From positions 1,568,001-1,632,000 of the forward strand of contig OZ242311.1 in assembly GCA_965207885.1 (NCBI GenBank): a stretch of 64,000 nt of DNA, read 5' to 3'. The DNA is from Candidatus Latescibacterota bacterium (GTDB lineage: Bacteria > Latescibacterota > UBA2968). The notes beneath the pieces are model-generated. The model was given only the letters and a program-made list of their open reading frames with translations. It did no database searches and was not told the DNA's origin. Position numbers and translations under genes: made by a program. Every line of letters starts with the position of its first letter. The stretch's first letter is position 1. Shown in pieces: positions 1 to 10,760 of the stretch.

Positions 1-2
1 CA

Positions 3-1010
3 AGCCTGAATCCAGACGCACATTTCCCACATTCTGGCGTAACAACATGCGTAGATACGGGCACTGCAGGATGTGAGGAAATAGCGCATTTTCGCCAAAC
101 CGTCATGGAACATGCAAAAACGCGAGTACTGGCTTACGTAAATATTTCTGCACCCGGTATGGGCGCGCCCGAACAGGATATCCGAACTTTTGACGTAGAT
201 GGCGCTGCGCGAGCCGCCCTCGAACACAGCGAAGTAGTCGTCGGCATCAAAACAGCACATTACTGGACAAGCGCGCCATTTGACGACATGCACCCCCCCT
301 GGGAATCGGTGGAAAAAGCAGTAGAAGCGGGCGATGGATGTGGCATGCCCGTCATGGTCGATTTTTGGCCGCGTCCGCCCGAACGATCCTACCCCGCATT
401 AATCCTCGAAAAACTCCGTCCAGGTGATATTCACACCCATGTCTATGCGCGACAATTCCCCGTAGTAGATGACAGCGGAAACGTCCAGCCGTATATGTTT
501 GAAGCCAGAGAACGCGGAATCTGGTTTGACCTGGGGCACGGTGCCGCGAGTTTCTGGTATCGCAACGGAGCGCGAGCCATTGCCAATGGATTTGCCCCCG
601 ACTCCATCAGCACAGACCTGCACATGGGTAATATCTCCGGTACCGTATTCAGCATGCAAGACACCATGTCAAAATGTCTGGCAATGGGCATGGCCCTCGA
701 AGACGTAATTTACAGATCAACCGCGACACCAGCCCGTGCAATCGGACGCCCGGAATTGGGCACACTATCGGTAGGAGCAGAAGCGGACATCGCAGTATTG
801 GCCCTCGAAACCGGAAACTTCTCATTTCAAGACTGCGGCTATACGCGAATAGACACAGATCAACGCCTGATCTGTCGGCTCACAATTCGCAATGGACAGA
901 TCATCTTTGATCGAGACGCACGCACCGTACCCCATTGGGAAGACGCACCCCCCGAATACTGGCCAGTAACTGAAACACCCGTCAGGGTCCCCAGATTGTG
1001 GCGGGCATAA
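3..1010 (+). CDS. Amidohydrolase/deacetylase (dihydroorotase-like) metallohydrolase, 5'-truncated by the window edge
   Basis: Frame is open from position 3 (…GVTTCVDTGTAG…); motifs GIKTAH, DIHTH, DLGHG, ISTDLH and GAEADIAVL are typical of this family. Confidence 0.85.
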   Translation, partial: SLNPDAHFPHSGVTTCVDTGTAGCEEIAHFRQTVMEHAKTRVLAYVNISAPGMGAPEQDIRTFDVDGAARAALEHSEVVVGIKTAHYWTSAPFDDMHPPWESVEKAVEAGDGCGMPVMVDFWPRPPERSYPALILEKLRPGDIHTHVYARQFPVVDDSGNVQPYMFEARERGIWFDLGHGAASFWYRNGARAIANGFAPDSISTDLHMGNISGTVFSMQDTMSKCLAMGMALEDVIYRSTATPARAIGRPELGTLSVGAEADIAVLALETGNFSFQDCGYTRIDTDQRLICRLTIRNGQIIFDRDARTVPHWEDAPPEYWPVTETPVRVPRLWRA

Positions 1011-1023
1011 GTGATAGATAACG

Positions 1024-2031
1024 TCAATCCAGCGTTTCTGGGCGCACCATCTCGCCTCGTTCGGCCGATGTATCGGCTGCACATGCCGCCGCGAGCGAAT
1101 CGAAGGCATCTTCACCGGTCACCGCGATCGGTGCATTGTTCACGACCGAATCGACAAACGCGCAAACGGCCCCCGTGATCCCCGACGCTGTACTGTTGTC
1201 CAAACCGCTTAAATCTTCCCAGTCCTCTGCCCCTTCGCGATAGACATGCGGTCCCACAATCATGCCTTCAGAAGCAACCACTCGGAACATATCGTCGAGA
1301 AAATTCGAGCGCGGGCATCGCGCCTCATAGGTCACCGTAACCTGACCCACAACGCCACCTGCAAACTGGAACAGGGCGGATGTTGTTTTGTCTCTCGGAA
1401 ACTCCAGATTGCCAAGCCGATTGGCGAAAGCACAGACAGACTCCACAGGTCGTCCTGCGAAATGTCGCGCAAGATCCACTTCGTGAATGCCCGAACCGTT
1501 CAAGGCACTCCGACCCGCCTCTACCGACGCATACCACGGCGAACGCGCAAATTGCCCACGCTTGTCCTGGATCGCATCGATACGGAGGTGGATCAGATCG
1601 CCTACTTCGCCAGCATCGAGAATCGCTTTGATTCGCTTGAAGCGTGGCCGGAACCTGCGCTCGTGCGCAACCATCACTTTCTTCCCTGTCGCCTTCGCCG
1701 CGGCCAAAATTGCACGCGCGTCCTCGAGATTCGTCGCAAGCGGTTTTGTCTGCAACACATGGGCTCCAGCCTCGAAGCAAGCCGTTGAATGTGGCCGATG
1801 GAGATGGTCGGGGGTCACGACACACACCGCGTCAGGACGCTCCTTTTCGAGCATAACCTCAATCATCTCATAGACGGCATCCACCTTGTCGTGCTCCCTT
1901 TGAACCATTTCGGCTCGATCGGCGTCCAGATCTACCAGGACAATCCTATCTACATCCGGATGCCCAACCAGTCCACGAACAAAATGCTGGCCCAACCCAA
2001 GCCCCACTACTGCTGCCTTTATTGATCCCAT
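1024..2031 (-). CDS. Gfo/Idh/MocA family oxidoreductase
   Basis: Start MGSIKAAVVGLGLG after an AAGGAG SD; VVTPDHLH, xKPLA and GIHEVD motifs; the longer 440-aa ORF start overlaps the ZIP gene and is unlikely. Confidence 0.9.
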   Translation of the reverse strand: MGSIKAAVVGLGLGQHFVRGLVGHPDVDRIVLVDLDADRAEMVQREHDKVDAVYEMIEVMLEKERPDAVCVVTPDHLHRPHSTACFEAGAHVLQTKPLATNLEDARAILAAAKATGKKVMVAHERRFRPRFKRIKAILDAGEVGDLIHLRIDAIQDKRGQFARSPWYASVEAGRSALNGSGIHEVDLARHFAGRPVESVCAFANRLGNLEFPRDKTTSALFQFAGGVVGQVTVTYEARCPRSNFLDDMFRVVASEGMIVGPHVYREGAEDWEDLSGLDNSTASGITGAVCAFVDSVVNNAPIAVTGEDAFDSLAAACAADTSAERGEMVRPETLD

Positions 2032-2053
2032 AACGTCTCCTTTATGGATTAGC

Positions 2054-2086
2054 AAAAAGGCGATCCACCGCAATGGACCGCCTTTT
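2054..2086 (-). terminator. Intrinsic terminator after the ZIP gene (possibly bidirectional)
   Basis: Minus strand GGCGGTCCA-6 nt-TGGATCGCC followed by TTTTT; T-run also on the plus strand. Confidence 0.65.
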
Positions 2087-2108
2087 CTTTTTTTAACATT
2101 CCTCAGCG

Positions 2109-2942
2109 TCAATGCATTTCGTGCGTCTCCAACCCGTGCATAGCTCCGGACTCGATAAAATACAGCCCATACGCGAGAGCGATCCCTACGAGAAAGCACA
2201 CAGTGAGCTTGACTCGGTCGTGACTGTGAAAATGGATTTCCGGTAGCAGATCGCTCAGGGAAATACACAGAAACGCGCCGGCTGCAAAGACCAGCACATA
2301 CCCGATCACCTGTTCCTCCCAATGCCCCAAAAGACCAATCCCCCAAAAAGTCAGTAAAGCCACCACCGGACAGAGCAGGGCGAATCCGATATTAACTGCT
2401 ATACGAGCACGGAGGCTATGACCCGCGGCCTGCAACAAACCGATAATAGAGAACGCGTCGAGTGGCTTGTGGAAAAGAATCGCAAGAAACACTCCGAGTC
2501 CTGCTAAACCGGCTTCGCCTTCATGCAGTTCACCAACCCGGATGCTGGTGCCCAAAGCGATGCCCTCGGTCACCGTATGCAGACCCAGCCCCAGAGCAAT
2601 GCCGATCACCCTGCTTTCGGGACTGGTATGCTCGTGGAGAAAATCACCTGCCTCATCGCTGAAATCGTGCTGGTGAAAGTGAAAGATACGCAGCAACAGA
2701 ACCATCAGTACGATGCCAAACACCATCAATCCCATGGCTTTTTCGACAGCACCTGGCCCGGGAATCCATACCAGACCGTGTGGCACGAGATGATACAGGG
2801 CAATCCCCAGAATGAAACCCGCAACAAAACTCATCACCGTCTGGATGCGCGTATGCGTCATGGTAACCTTTGCTGGCAAATATCCGCCGAGCAAAGACGC
2901 GGCAATGATAGCGATAGAGTATCCTATAAAAAGAGGTAGCAA
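2109..2942 (-). CDS. ZIP family metal transporter
   Basis: Multiple TM segments; LHTVTEGIALG and AILFHKPLDAF motifs; His-rich loop HFHQHD; LSDLLPEIHFH. Confidence 0.9.
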   Translation of the reverse strand: MLPLFIGYSIAIIAASLLGGYLPAKVTMTHTRIQTVMSFVAGFILGIALYHLVPHGLVWIPGPGAVEKAMGLMVFGIVLMVLLLRIFHFHQHDFSDEAGDFLHEHTSPESRVIGIALGLGLHTVTEGIALGTSIRVGELHEGEAGLAGLGVFLAILFHKPLDAFSIIGLLQAAGHSLRARIAVNIGFALLCPVVALLTFWGIGLLGHWEEQVIGYVLVFAAGAFLCISLSDLLPEIHFHSHDRVKLTVCFLVGIALAYGLYFIESGAMHGLETHEMH

Positions 2943-3000
2943 ATTCGAATCCGCAGTGATTTAAACCAAAAACTCAAATGATCTGGATTGATTATAGATA

Positions 3001-4251
3001 TCACAGTTTGAACAGAGGGCGGATATTGAACAACATATCCTCATAGCCACTCTTAAAAGCACCTGCGCGGAATCGCCAAACAATCAGGGCGATCATGGCA
3101 AAAGCACTACCCCATTGGATGAGTTGAATGGTCTCTGACTCCGAGGGACCAAGGTACACGGGAATCGTCACGCCGATGGCGAGAAGCAGAATATCAACCG
3201 CAATGCCCAGCACGACAGTAACTGCGATCACCGATGAGACATAGATGGATGTAAAGCGCGTGCCGAACTGGCTGACAATAATCGCAATAGTGCCCGTATT
3301 GGTCGCCGGTCCAGTCATCAGAAAAATCATCGCCGCGCCAGGACTAAACCCCTTGGCGACCAGCGCGGCGGCTATCGGAGTACTCGCGGACGCACAGATA
3401 TAGAGAGGTACACCAACCAGCACCATAACGGGGTAGGACAACCAGCGCGCATACGCATTTGACATCAGATCGCTCGGAATCGCCAGATAGATCACGCCTC
3501 CCAGCGCGATGCCCACGATCAACGCAAACAGAATATCGTCCGCTATTTCGACAAAGCCATAGCGAAAAATATGCCTGACGACTTTTTTAAAAGTCAAATC
3601 GTCCGCAGAAATTTGTTTGTCGTTGGCCCGAACCATATCGCGTTTGTCGTGATTGACCTTCCTCACCCAACCAAAAAATAACGTCTTCAGTTGTGAGGGA
3701 CTAACGTAGCAATCATCGCTTCCAGACACCAGAGGTTCGTGCCCATGGTCGTGGTCACATTCATGATCGCAGTCGTGACCGTGGTCAAGACTGCGATCGC
3801 TCCTCTCAGTCTCGTCGCGATCATCTCGTATGAGACCAATACAAAATATACCGGCGACAACTGCGGTAATAAAACTGATGAAGGGCCTGACAATAGCGAC
3901 AATAAATCCAAAAAATGCGTTCGTGACCAGAATCGAATCCGCACCTGTTTCCGGCGCCGTGATCAGAAAAGACATACAGGACGAACGGGACGCACCCTTA
4001 TTGCGCATCTCGGCAACTACTGGCACAACCGAGCAACTGCAAAGCGGCACCGGCACGCCGACGGCAGCACTTGTGCTTACGGATTTCAAGCTATCCTCAC
4101 GCAACCACCGCAAAATAGCCTCACGCGAGATAAATACGTGAATCAGGCCAGAAAGAAATAGCCCGAGGATTAGCATAGGCGCTAACAACAAAAACGATAA
4201 CCAGAGAAAATCAAGAAAACTGGTCAATACCTGGAGAACTTTTAAAACCAA
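3001..4251 (-). CDS. DUF318/SO_0444-type metal efflux permease
   Basis: PLCSCSVVP, FLITAPETG, PLYICASASTP and GPATN motifs; His/Cys-rich loop HGHDCDHECDHDHGHE. Confidence 0.85.
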   Translation of the reverse strand: MVLKVLQVLTSFLDFLWLSFLLLAPMLILGLFLSGLIHVFISREAILRWLREDSLKSVSTSAAVGVPVPLCSCSVVPVVAEMRNKGASRSSCMSFLITAPETGADSILVTNAFFGFIVAIVRPFISFITAVVAGIFCIGLIRDDRDETERSDRSLDHGHDCDHECDHDHGHEPLVSGSDDCYVSPSQLKTLFFGWVRKVNHDKRDMVRANDKQISADDLTFKKVVRHIFRYGFVEIADDILFALIVGIALGGVIYLAIPSDLMSNAYARWLSYPVMVLVGVPLYICASASTPIAAALVAKGFSPGAAMIFLMTGPATNTGTIAIIVSQFGTRFTSIYVSSVIAVTVVLGIAVDILLLAIGVTIPVYLGPSESETIQLIQWGSAFAMIALIVWRFRAGAFKSGYEDMLFNIRPLFKL

Positions 4252-4357
4252 TTGACCTCACTCTCTCTGCCAGACAGATGACGTGCTGGCCATCAACCCG
4301 GGCGGTTGTTGGCCTTTATCATTTCCATTTGTATTTACAGTTTTTTTAACTTCTAAC

Positions 4358-5620
4358 TCATTCACATGTAAGACCGAGCCAGACATCCACCTGACCCGCT
4401 GTGAGAAGCCACTCGAACCAGGCCTGCCAGACCTGCCCGCGCAGATCAAGGGCACTTTCCTGTACATCCAGGGTCTCTCCCAATTGACTCAAATAATCGA
4501 CCGTACTGAGATCCCCAGCCTGCCAGAGTCGGCGCAGTTGCTCGCTTTGTCGGTCCAGGCTCTTCCGCCCTGTATGTTCCCACTCATCCCAGGCAGAGCG
4601 CGATAACTCGTATCGCGCTGCCGCACTGGTCAGGGAAGCGTGTGCCATCTGCACTGCGTCATCGGCGAGTTGTTGCGCCTGGACGCGCGCTGCCATGGCC
4701 GCGGTAACCTCATGTGCAAAGCGGTTCCGAATCGGAAGCGGAATGGACAGACCCAAACCGATCAACCTTTCACCATCTTCGTATCCACCAGTGAGACTCA
4801 GTGTCGGGTCTGGACGACGTTCGCGTCGTTGCAATCCCACCACAGCATCAGCCATAGTGACCCGCTGCCGCGTAGCTACAACCCCGGGTAGTGCCAGCAC
4901 CAGGGCCTGCGAATCAGCACTTTGCTCAGGTATCTCTGGTAGTTTTTCGGGAAGAGAGGGCCACTGCGCCTCGGGTATTCGCGGGCCAAGGCTGTACACC
5001 GCTTGTCGCGCTTCGGCCAGATCGGCGGCCACCATTGCTTTTTGAATACGCACCTCGGTCAGGGAAAGGATGGCCTGATCGAGTGCCACCTGGTCTAACT
5101 CACCAGCCTCAAACTGACGCTGCGCCAATGTCGCAAACTCCTCCATCAACTGCTGGCGCGTCTGGGCCAGGCGAGCGCGTTCAACGCCAGTCTGGTATTG
5201 CACGAGACCATTGAGCAAATCTACCGCAACCGCCCATCGGGCATCCAAGTACTCCGCCTCGGCAACGAGGCGGTCTAACTCCGCCACTGCGGTACGCGCC
5301 TTGCGTTTGCCGCCCCAGTCCAGTGTCTGACTAATCGATAGTGTGCGTATTCTGGCTTGTGCATTCTCAGCATCCAACGACAATTCGGGATTGTAGAGGG
5401 GGCGCGACGCGGCATCCCTAAGCGCACTACTCGCTTCTAAACCCGCGCGTGCTGCCTGCACACGAGGATTAGAATCGACAACAGCTTGCACAAAACGCGT
5501 TAACGCGATACTCGCCCGGGCATTTTCCAGAACCGTTGTCTCAGCGACCAGTGTCGTCCAGGACACCAATATCAGGCCACACAATACGAAGGCGTGTCGA
5601 TAACATAGTTTGAGCATCAA
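4358..5620 (-). CDS. TolC/CzcC-like outer membrane efflux protein
   Basis: Signal peptide; NPxLS…SQTLDWGGKR and LSIPLPIRNR OEP repeats; adjacent to metal transporters. Confidence 0.85.
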   Translation of the reverse strand: MMLKLCYRHAFVLCGLILVSWTTLVAETTVLENARASIALTRFVQAVVDSNPRVQAARAGLEASSALRDAASRPLYNPELSLDAENAQARIRTLSISQTLDWGGKRKARTAVAELDRLVAEAEYLDARWAVAVDLLNGLVQYQTGVERARLAQTRQQLMEEFATLAQRQFEAGELDQVALDQAILSLTEVRIQKAMVAADLAEARQAVYSLGPRIPEAQWPSLPEKLPEIPEQSADSQALVLALPGVVATRQRVTMADAVVGLQRRERRPDPTLSLTGGYEDGERLIGLGLSIPLPIRNRFAHEVTAAMAARVQAQQLADDAVQMAHASLTSAAARYELSRSAWDEWEHTGRKSLDRQSEQLRRLWQAGDLSTVDYLSQLGETLDVQESALDLRGQVWQAWFEWLLTAGQVDVWLGLTCE

Positions 5621-5725
5621 TCATCCTCCTGATGGTGACAATGAAAATCCCCTGCGAATCAAAAGTAATCTGGAAAATTTTATCGCGAAAATATAGAGCC
5701 AAACCAACCAATTGTCTATAAACGA

Positions 5726-7108
5726 TTAAATTTGGTGCTTTTTCCAATGGCCCTGGGCGAATTTGCGAACGGTAAGCACACCCTGTACAATACTGTAAAC
5801 AATAAGCGCGGCCCAGATACCGTAAATATCAAACCCAAGCGTAAACCCCAGAACATAAGCGACGGGCAGGCGAACGAGCCACTGGGCAATCAGAGTATAA
5901 TACATCGGAGGCATCGTATCGCCAGCACCTCTGAGACTCCCGCTACTCGTATTGGAAGCACACAAAAAAGGTTCGGCAATAACCATCGCGTAAAGATAGA
6001 TGACACCGGTACTGATCACCTCTTGTGCATCCGTAAATATCGACATGAAAACGCCAGCAAACACCACGGCGGGCAGCGACAGAGCGATATTGGTCACAAC
6101 AGAAATAAAGAGAATAGTCCAACCGTGGCGCTCTGCACCTGCGGGATCTCTCGCCCCCAAATGCTGCCCCACCATAGCCGTTGCAACCGTACCAAAAGAC
6201 AGCCCGGTTCGCCGCAAAATGTGTTCCAACTGACTCCCAATCGCATACGCTGCAACCGCAGTTGTAGATAATGTGGACATGGCAATGAATTTGAGATAAA
6301 CCACACCTGAGCCATTGCGCAAAATGCCTTGCAGGCCAGAAGGCACACCAATTTTGAGAATGCGGCGCGCAACATCCCAGTTAAATCTGTAGGACGTATC
6401 GGGCAAAAGTGTGAGCGCAAAACGCCCGCTATAAAGACACCCAAGTCCAATCAAGGTTGCCGTACTGCGCCCTAAAAGACCGGCAACAGCAGCCCCCACA
6501 ACGCCCAATTCCGGCAAACCCCAGTGACCAAAGATTAGGAGATAACACATCACAATTTGAATGCTACTACTCATCAAACTCAAAAAGAAAGGCGTGCGCG
6601 TATCCCCAGCACCCTGAAAGCAACTCGCAATCGCGCGATTCAGCGTCATAAAAGGAACGCCCAGAAAAAAAACCTGTAAATACGGCGTACCCAGCGCCGC
6701 CACCTCGGAATCAGAGGTCATCATCGGAATCAAAAAAGGCGAAAGAGCCAAACTGCCCAGACCAAAAGCGATACTAAAGAAAAAAAGCAGGGAAAACGCC
6801 TGCTTCGCCGATGCACTGGCTTCGCGCATAGAATCTGCGCCAATCGCCTGTGCGACCATCGTGAGCGCGCCTCGCGAAATGGACATCATCGCCGTAAAAA
6901 GAACGCGCGTAAACACCTGAGCAATACCCACCGCAGAAAGGGCGACCGGACCGAGCGTCCCGATAAAAATGAGTTGAACCATCATTACAACACTCTCGAT
7001 CTGACCGCCCGCAGCAACGGGCAAGGTCATCCAGAGAATTTTGCGGGTAAGCGAAAGATCGACTTTGCGCTCGGTGGATTCTATTGTCGTTTCGAGTGGT
7101 TTGGACAT
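5726..7108 (-). CDS. MATE family efflux transporter
   Basis: About 12 TM segments; two GAGDT repeats; ILKIGVP; AAYAIG. Confidence 0.9.
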   Translation of the reverse strand: MSKPLETTIESTERKVDLSLTRKILWMTLPVAAGGQIESVVMMVQLIFIGTLGPVALSAVGIAQVFTRVLFTAMMSISRGALTMVAQAIGADSMREASASAKQAFSLLFFFSIAFGLGSLALSPFLIPMMTSDSEVAALGTPYLQVFFLGVPFMTLNRAIASCFQGAGDTRTPFFLSLMSSSIQIVMCYLLIFGHWGLPELGVVGAAVAGLLGRSTATLIGLGCLYSGRFALTLLPDTSYRFNWDVARRILKIGVPSGLQGILRNGSGVVYLKFIAMSTLSTTAVAAYAIGSQLEHILRRTGLSFGTVATAMVGQHLGARDPAGAERHGWTILFISVVTNIALSLPAVVFAGVFMSIFTDAQEVISTGVIYLYAMVIAEPFLCASNTSSGSLRGAGDTMPPMYYTLIAQWLVRLPVAYVLGFTLGFDIYGIWAALIVYSIVQGVLTVRKFAQGHWKKHQI

Positions 7109-7863
7109 GAAATTAAAAGATGTTCAGGAATACCCTGTCCCATCACCATAGCCGCGACATCGTCCTGCGTGACATCACAGATCGAAAAATCGCCGACCTT
7201 TTCGCCGTGGCTGAGAATAGTTGCCCGGTCAGCAACCTCAAACACATGGGTAATATTATGCGTAATAAAAATAACACCTATACCTTTTTCTTTAGCAGCC
7301 GCAATATAGCCGAGCACCTTGCGCGTTTCGCCAACAGAAAGGGCAGAAGTCGGCTCATCGAGAATGAGCACGCGAGACCCAAAGTGAAGAGCGCGGGCTA
7401 TGGCAATCGATTGTCGCTCGCCACCGGAAAGACGGGCAACGGATTCACTCGCGTTGCGAATGTGAATACCTATCTCACCCAGCGCTGCGGCCGCACCTGC
7501 ATCCATCGCTGCCTGGTCGAAAAGCGCAAACGGACCGACCCGCTTGACGAGTTCTCTCCCCAGATAAAAATTGCGCGCAATGCTCATACTCGGCACGAGC
7601 GCGAGGTCCTGATAAACAGTCTCAATACCCAGATCTCGGGCATCCTGCGGCGAGTCGAATCGAATGACTTCATCCCCAAAATACATATCGCCTTCGCTCG
7701 GCGGATAAACACCCGTAATCACCTTAATCAGCGTAGATTTACCCGCTCCATTATCGCCTAAAAGCGCGAGAACTTCGCCATCCTCAAGCGTGAAATCAAT
7801 GCCTTTCAGCGCGACAATATGCCCAAAGCGCCGACCGATATTTTTGAGTTCGAGCAAAGCCAC
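7081..7863 (-). CDS. Sugar ABC transporter ATP-binding protein
   Basis: Walker A GDNGAGKS, VYQDLAL, LSGGERQ, ILDEPT. Confidence 0.95.
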   Translation of the reverse strand: MALLELKNIGRRFGHIVALKGIDFTLEDGEVLALLGDNGAGKSTLIKVITGVYPPSEGDMYFGDEVIRFDSPQDARDLGIETVYQDLALVPSMSIARNFYLGRELVKRVGPFALFDQAAMDAGAAAALGEIGIHIRNASESVARLSGGERQSIAIARALHFGSRVLILDEPTSALSVGETRKVLGYIAAAKEKGIGVIFITHNITHVFEVADRATILSHGEKVGDFSICDVTQDDVAAMVMGQGIPEHLLISCPNHSKRQ

Positions 7864-7871
7864 ATGTAGCC

Positions 7872-9050
7872 TCAGCGTTCTTTCCGCACAAAATTATTAA
7901 TCACAACAGCCGCAATCATAATAGCACCAATAGCACCCCGAAAGGCATTGGAGGGAACCTGCATAAGAACAAGTCCCGTGCGCAACATGCCCGTCAGCGC
8001 AGTGCCAATAGCCGAACCGATCAGACTGCCATACCCCCCTGTGAGCAGCGTACCACCAATGACAACCGCGGCGATAACCTCGAGTTCCAGCCCCGTACCG
8101 CGCAATGGATCGACGCTTTTGAGGCGTGCGACCTGAATAATACCCGCAAGTGCGGCGAGAAATCCCGAAATGACAAAATTAGTCACGCGCACGCGATCGA
8201 TACGAATACCCTGCAAACGCGCCGCCTGGGCATTGCCCCCCGTGGCAAAAACAGCGTTACCGAAACGAGATTGACTCAAGATAATCGCAAAAGCCGCGGT
8301 CAGTCCTATCCACCACAGAATGCCAGTGCGGTAGTTCCCCGGTTCAATGCGTCCGTTGAGCGCGTAAAAAAAATCAATTTTAACCGGCATCAAAGGATGG
8401 GGTATAAGTGCCTCAATGGCGAGATAAGCGACAAAAAGAAGCGCAACAGCAACCAGAATCCTGGACTTTGCGGATTGATTTCTCGCCCGCCAGATATCCC
8501 GCGCTATCCACAGAACAATAAAAAAAAGTGTGAGCGTCAAAATAAAAACTACCAGACCGGGCACTTCGAGAATTGGAGACTCGCGCGAATAGTCGGCATA
8601 TCGTATAATGCGCCCACCAGAAATAGCCGTAAGAGGAATGGCGCGATACGCGAGCATCGTCCCCAACGTAATAATAAACGATGGAATGCCCGTGGATATG
8701 AGAAGCAACCCATTGATCAGGCCGAGCAAACAGCCGACAATTAATCCAATGGCTGCCGCGAGTAAAACAGGTACACCATTTACAGTTGCATAGAGAAATG
8801 CGAGAGAAGACACCCCCAGAATAGAACCAACTGAAAGGTCAAACTCTCCAGAAATCATCAAAAGCGTAATACCAATAGCGAGGATGCCTGGAACGGCCTG
8901 ACTGTTGAGAATGGATGAAATCGCGCTATGGGAGAGAAATGTATCTGGCGCAGCGAGTGCAAAGACCAAAAATATAACGGAAAAACCCGCTGCAGCGCCA
9001 GCTTCTGGAGAGCGCGCAAGGCGGGTGCGAATGGCGTCATAAGGCTTCAA
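7872..9050 (-). CDS. Sugar ABC transporter permease (RbsC-like)
   Basis: GEFDLSVGS, IPSFIITLG, ATGGNAQAA and ELEVIAAVVIGG motifs. Confidence 0.93.
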   Translation of the reverse strand: MKPYDAIRTRLARSPEAGAAAGFSVIFLVFALAAPDTFLSHSAISSILNSQAVPGILAIGITLLMISGEFDLSVGSILGVSSLAFLYATVNGVPVLLAAAIGLIVGCLLGLINGLLLISTGIPSFIITLGTMLAYRAIPLTAISGGRIIRYADYSRESPILEVPGLVVFILTLTLFFIVLWIARDIWRARNQSAKSRILVAVALLFVAYLAIEALIPHPLMPVKIDFFYALNGRIEPGNYRTGILWWIGLTAAFAIILSQSRFGNAVFATGGNAQAARLQGIRIDRVRVTNFVISGFLAALAGIIQVARLKSVDPLRGTGLELEVIAAVVIGGTLLTGGYGSLIGSAIGTALTGMLRTGLVLMQVPSNAFRGAIGAIMIAAVVINNFVRKER

Positions 9051-9058
9051 CAGAAATC

Positions 9059-10027
9059 CTATCTATAACCTGCGGTCACTAATCTGGCAATGCGGTCAAC
9101 ATTTGATGCATTAATGGCGAACGGGCCTGTGAGCACATCCTGTGCGAGAGTAAGACCATAGGCATTATTCAAATACAAAAAAGAAACAGTCAAATAACCC
9201 TGCAAATAGGGCTGTTGATCGACAGCCTGAACCGTATATCCCCTCCGAATATGCTCAAATATGGACGTACTCGTATCGTGGGTAACATGCAAAATTTCGC
9301 CAGCTTTTTTTCCCTCTTCCTCCACAAAAAGATAAAAAGCATCCGCTGGCAGTGGTCCCAGGGTAGCGATGGCATTGGTCTCGGGATGCCCGAGAAAATA
9401 GTCGCGCAACAAGCCCGCGGACTGCTCGACATCGTTAGATATGGTCAAGCCATCAACCACAATGCCCCTTTCCCCAAAAATGCTCGAAAAACCAGCAAAC
9501 CGCGCTTCGAGACCACTGTGCCCGAGTTCCTGAATAGGACATACCGCGCGCTGAACCGCTATCCCGCGCTTTTCCGCCTCGGCGAGAATAGCTCTTGCAT
9601 TGGATTGACCGCCGAGATACTCGCTGGCACCCACATAAAATTGCGTGGGCAGCGCATTATCTCCACCCGCGTTGGGATCCGCCGTATTGAGCACAATAAT
9701 GGAAATACCCGCCGCGTGTGCGCGCACAACGCTCTCCCGAATAGCTTCGGGATCCGGACACGTAATACCAATACCATTAACCTTATTTGCAATAGCGTCA
9801 TCGAGAAAATTGGGCATATCCGCAATTGAAAATGTGGGATTGCTCAACCATTGCACATCCACATCATAGCGTTTGGCCGCATCTTCCATACCCTTAATCA
9901 CCACATTCCAGAATGGATTTCCCGGCCCGCCATGCGTGACAAAAGCAAATTTGTAACGTTCCTGAGCAATTGCGGGATGCAGACAAGAGAAAGCAAAAAA
10001 AAGCGCGAAAATATAGCGAATAACCAT
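9059..10027 (-). CDS. Sugar ABC transporter substrate-binding protein
   Basis: Signal peptide; FVTHG…PFW and DQQPYLQGY motifs. Confidence 0.92.
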   Translation of the reverse strand: MVIRYIFALFFAFSCLHPAIAQERYKFAFVTHGGPGNPFWNVVIKGMEDAAKRYDVDVQWLSNPTFSIADMPNFLDDAIANKVNGIGITCPDPEAIRESVVRAHAAGISIIVLNTADPNAGGDNALPTQFYVGASEYLGGQSNARAILAEAEKRGIAVQRAVCPIQELGHSGLEARFAGFSSIFGERGIVVDGLTISNDVEQSAGLLRDYFLGHPETNAIATLGPLPADAFYLFVEEEGKKAGEILHVTHDTSTSIFEHIRRGYTVQAVDQQPYLQGYLTVSFLYLNNAYGLTLAQDVLTGPFAINASNVDRIARLVTAGYR

Positions 10028-10079
10028 TGAGAACTCCTATCTCGAAATAATGACTTCGCAAGATACGCGCCCAAAAAGA

Positions 10080-10760
10080 TCAAGTCAAGTTCGACAAACA
10101 GGCATGCGTGTACGGTAAGGGATCTATGCCCGTAGCGAGTATTGTAGCGCGCGCATGGGCGAGAAGAAAATCGAGTTCATCAGGGGTATCGACATCAAAC
10201 CAGGGAGGAACGAGACCGAGCGTATTCCCCGCGCACTGAACGCGGTCAATAGTCTGCGCCAGAACACTGGGCGTACTCCATGCCACATCCTCAAAAATTT
10301 CCGGCGTAGATTTTGAAACACCAACGAGATAGTATCCACCATCTATACTCGGACCTAAAACGACATCCTTTGTGTGCAGCAGATCGAATGCCTGTGTAAT
10401 ATGATGGGCTGGCAGAGAAGGGATATCCGTACCAATGAGAACGGCTGCAGATGCACCAGCGTCGAGTTGTTGAACCAGTGCTTCTCGCATACGCGCACCG
10501 AGATCATCCTGCACCTGGGGAACGTACTCCCATAGAGCCTTCACCCCCCCACCAAAAAGTACGCTGACCTCGGACTCTGCATCGGGCGGATCAAAAGCGA
10601 TCACCCGTCTATCGACATTGATACTTTCGGCCCGAGCCAACACATCGCGCACAAACGCAGTGTACAGAGCTGCAACCTGATCGGGTGCATAGCGCGTCTG
10701 CAAGCGGGTCTTGACCGCTCCGGGAATTGGATTTTTGACAAAAACGATTAGAGAAGTCAT
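10080..10760 (-). CDS. DUF2064/TIGR04282-type glycosyltransferase (nucleotide-diphosphosugar transferase fold)
   Basis: FVKNPIPGAVKTRL, QxDDLGARM, IGTDIP, LGPSIDGGYYL and DVDTPDEL motifs; start may be 10790. Confidence 0.85.
   Translation of the reverse strand: MTSLIVFVKNPIPGAVKTRLQTRYAPDQVAALYTAFVRDVLARAESINVDRRVIAFDPPDAESEVSVLFGGGVKALWEYVPQVQDDLGARMREALVQQLDAGASAAVLIGTDIPSLPAHHITQAFDLLHTKDVVLGPSIDGGYYLVGVSKSTPEIFEDVAWSTPSVLAQTIDRVQCAGNTLGLVPPWFDVDTPDELDFLLAHARATILATGIDPLPYTHACLSNLT

Noticed and set aside
2032-2346. N-terminal extension of the 440-aa oxidoreductase ORF
   Set aside because: Overlaps the ZIP gene and a terminator; an SD supports the start at 2031
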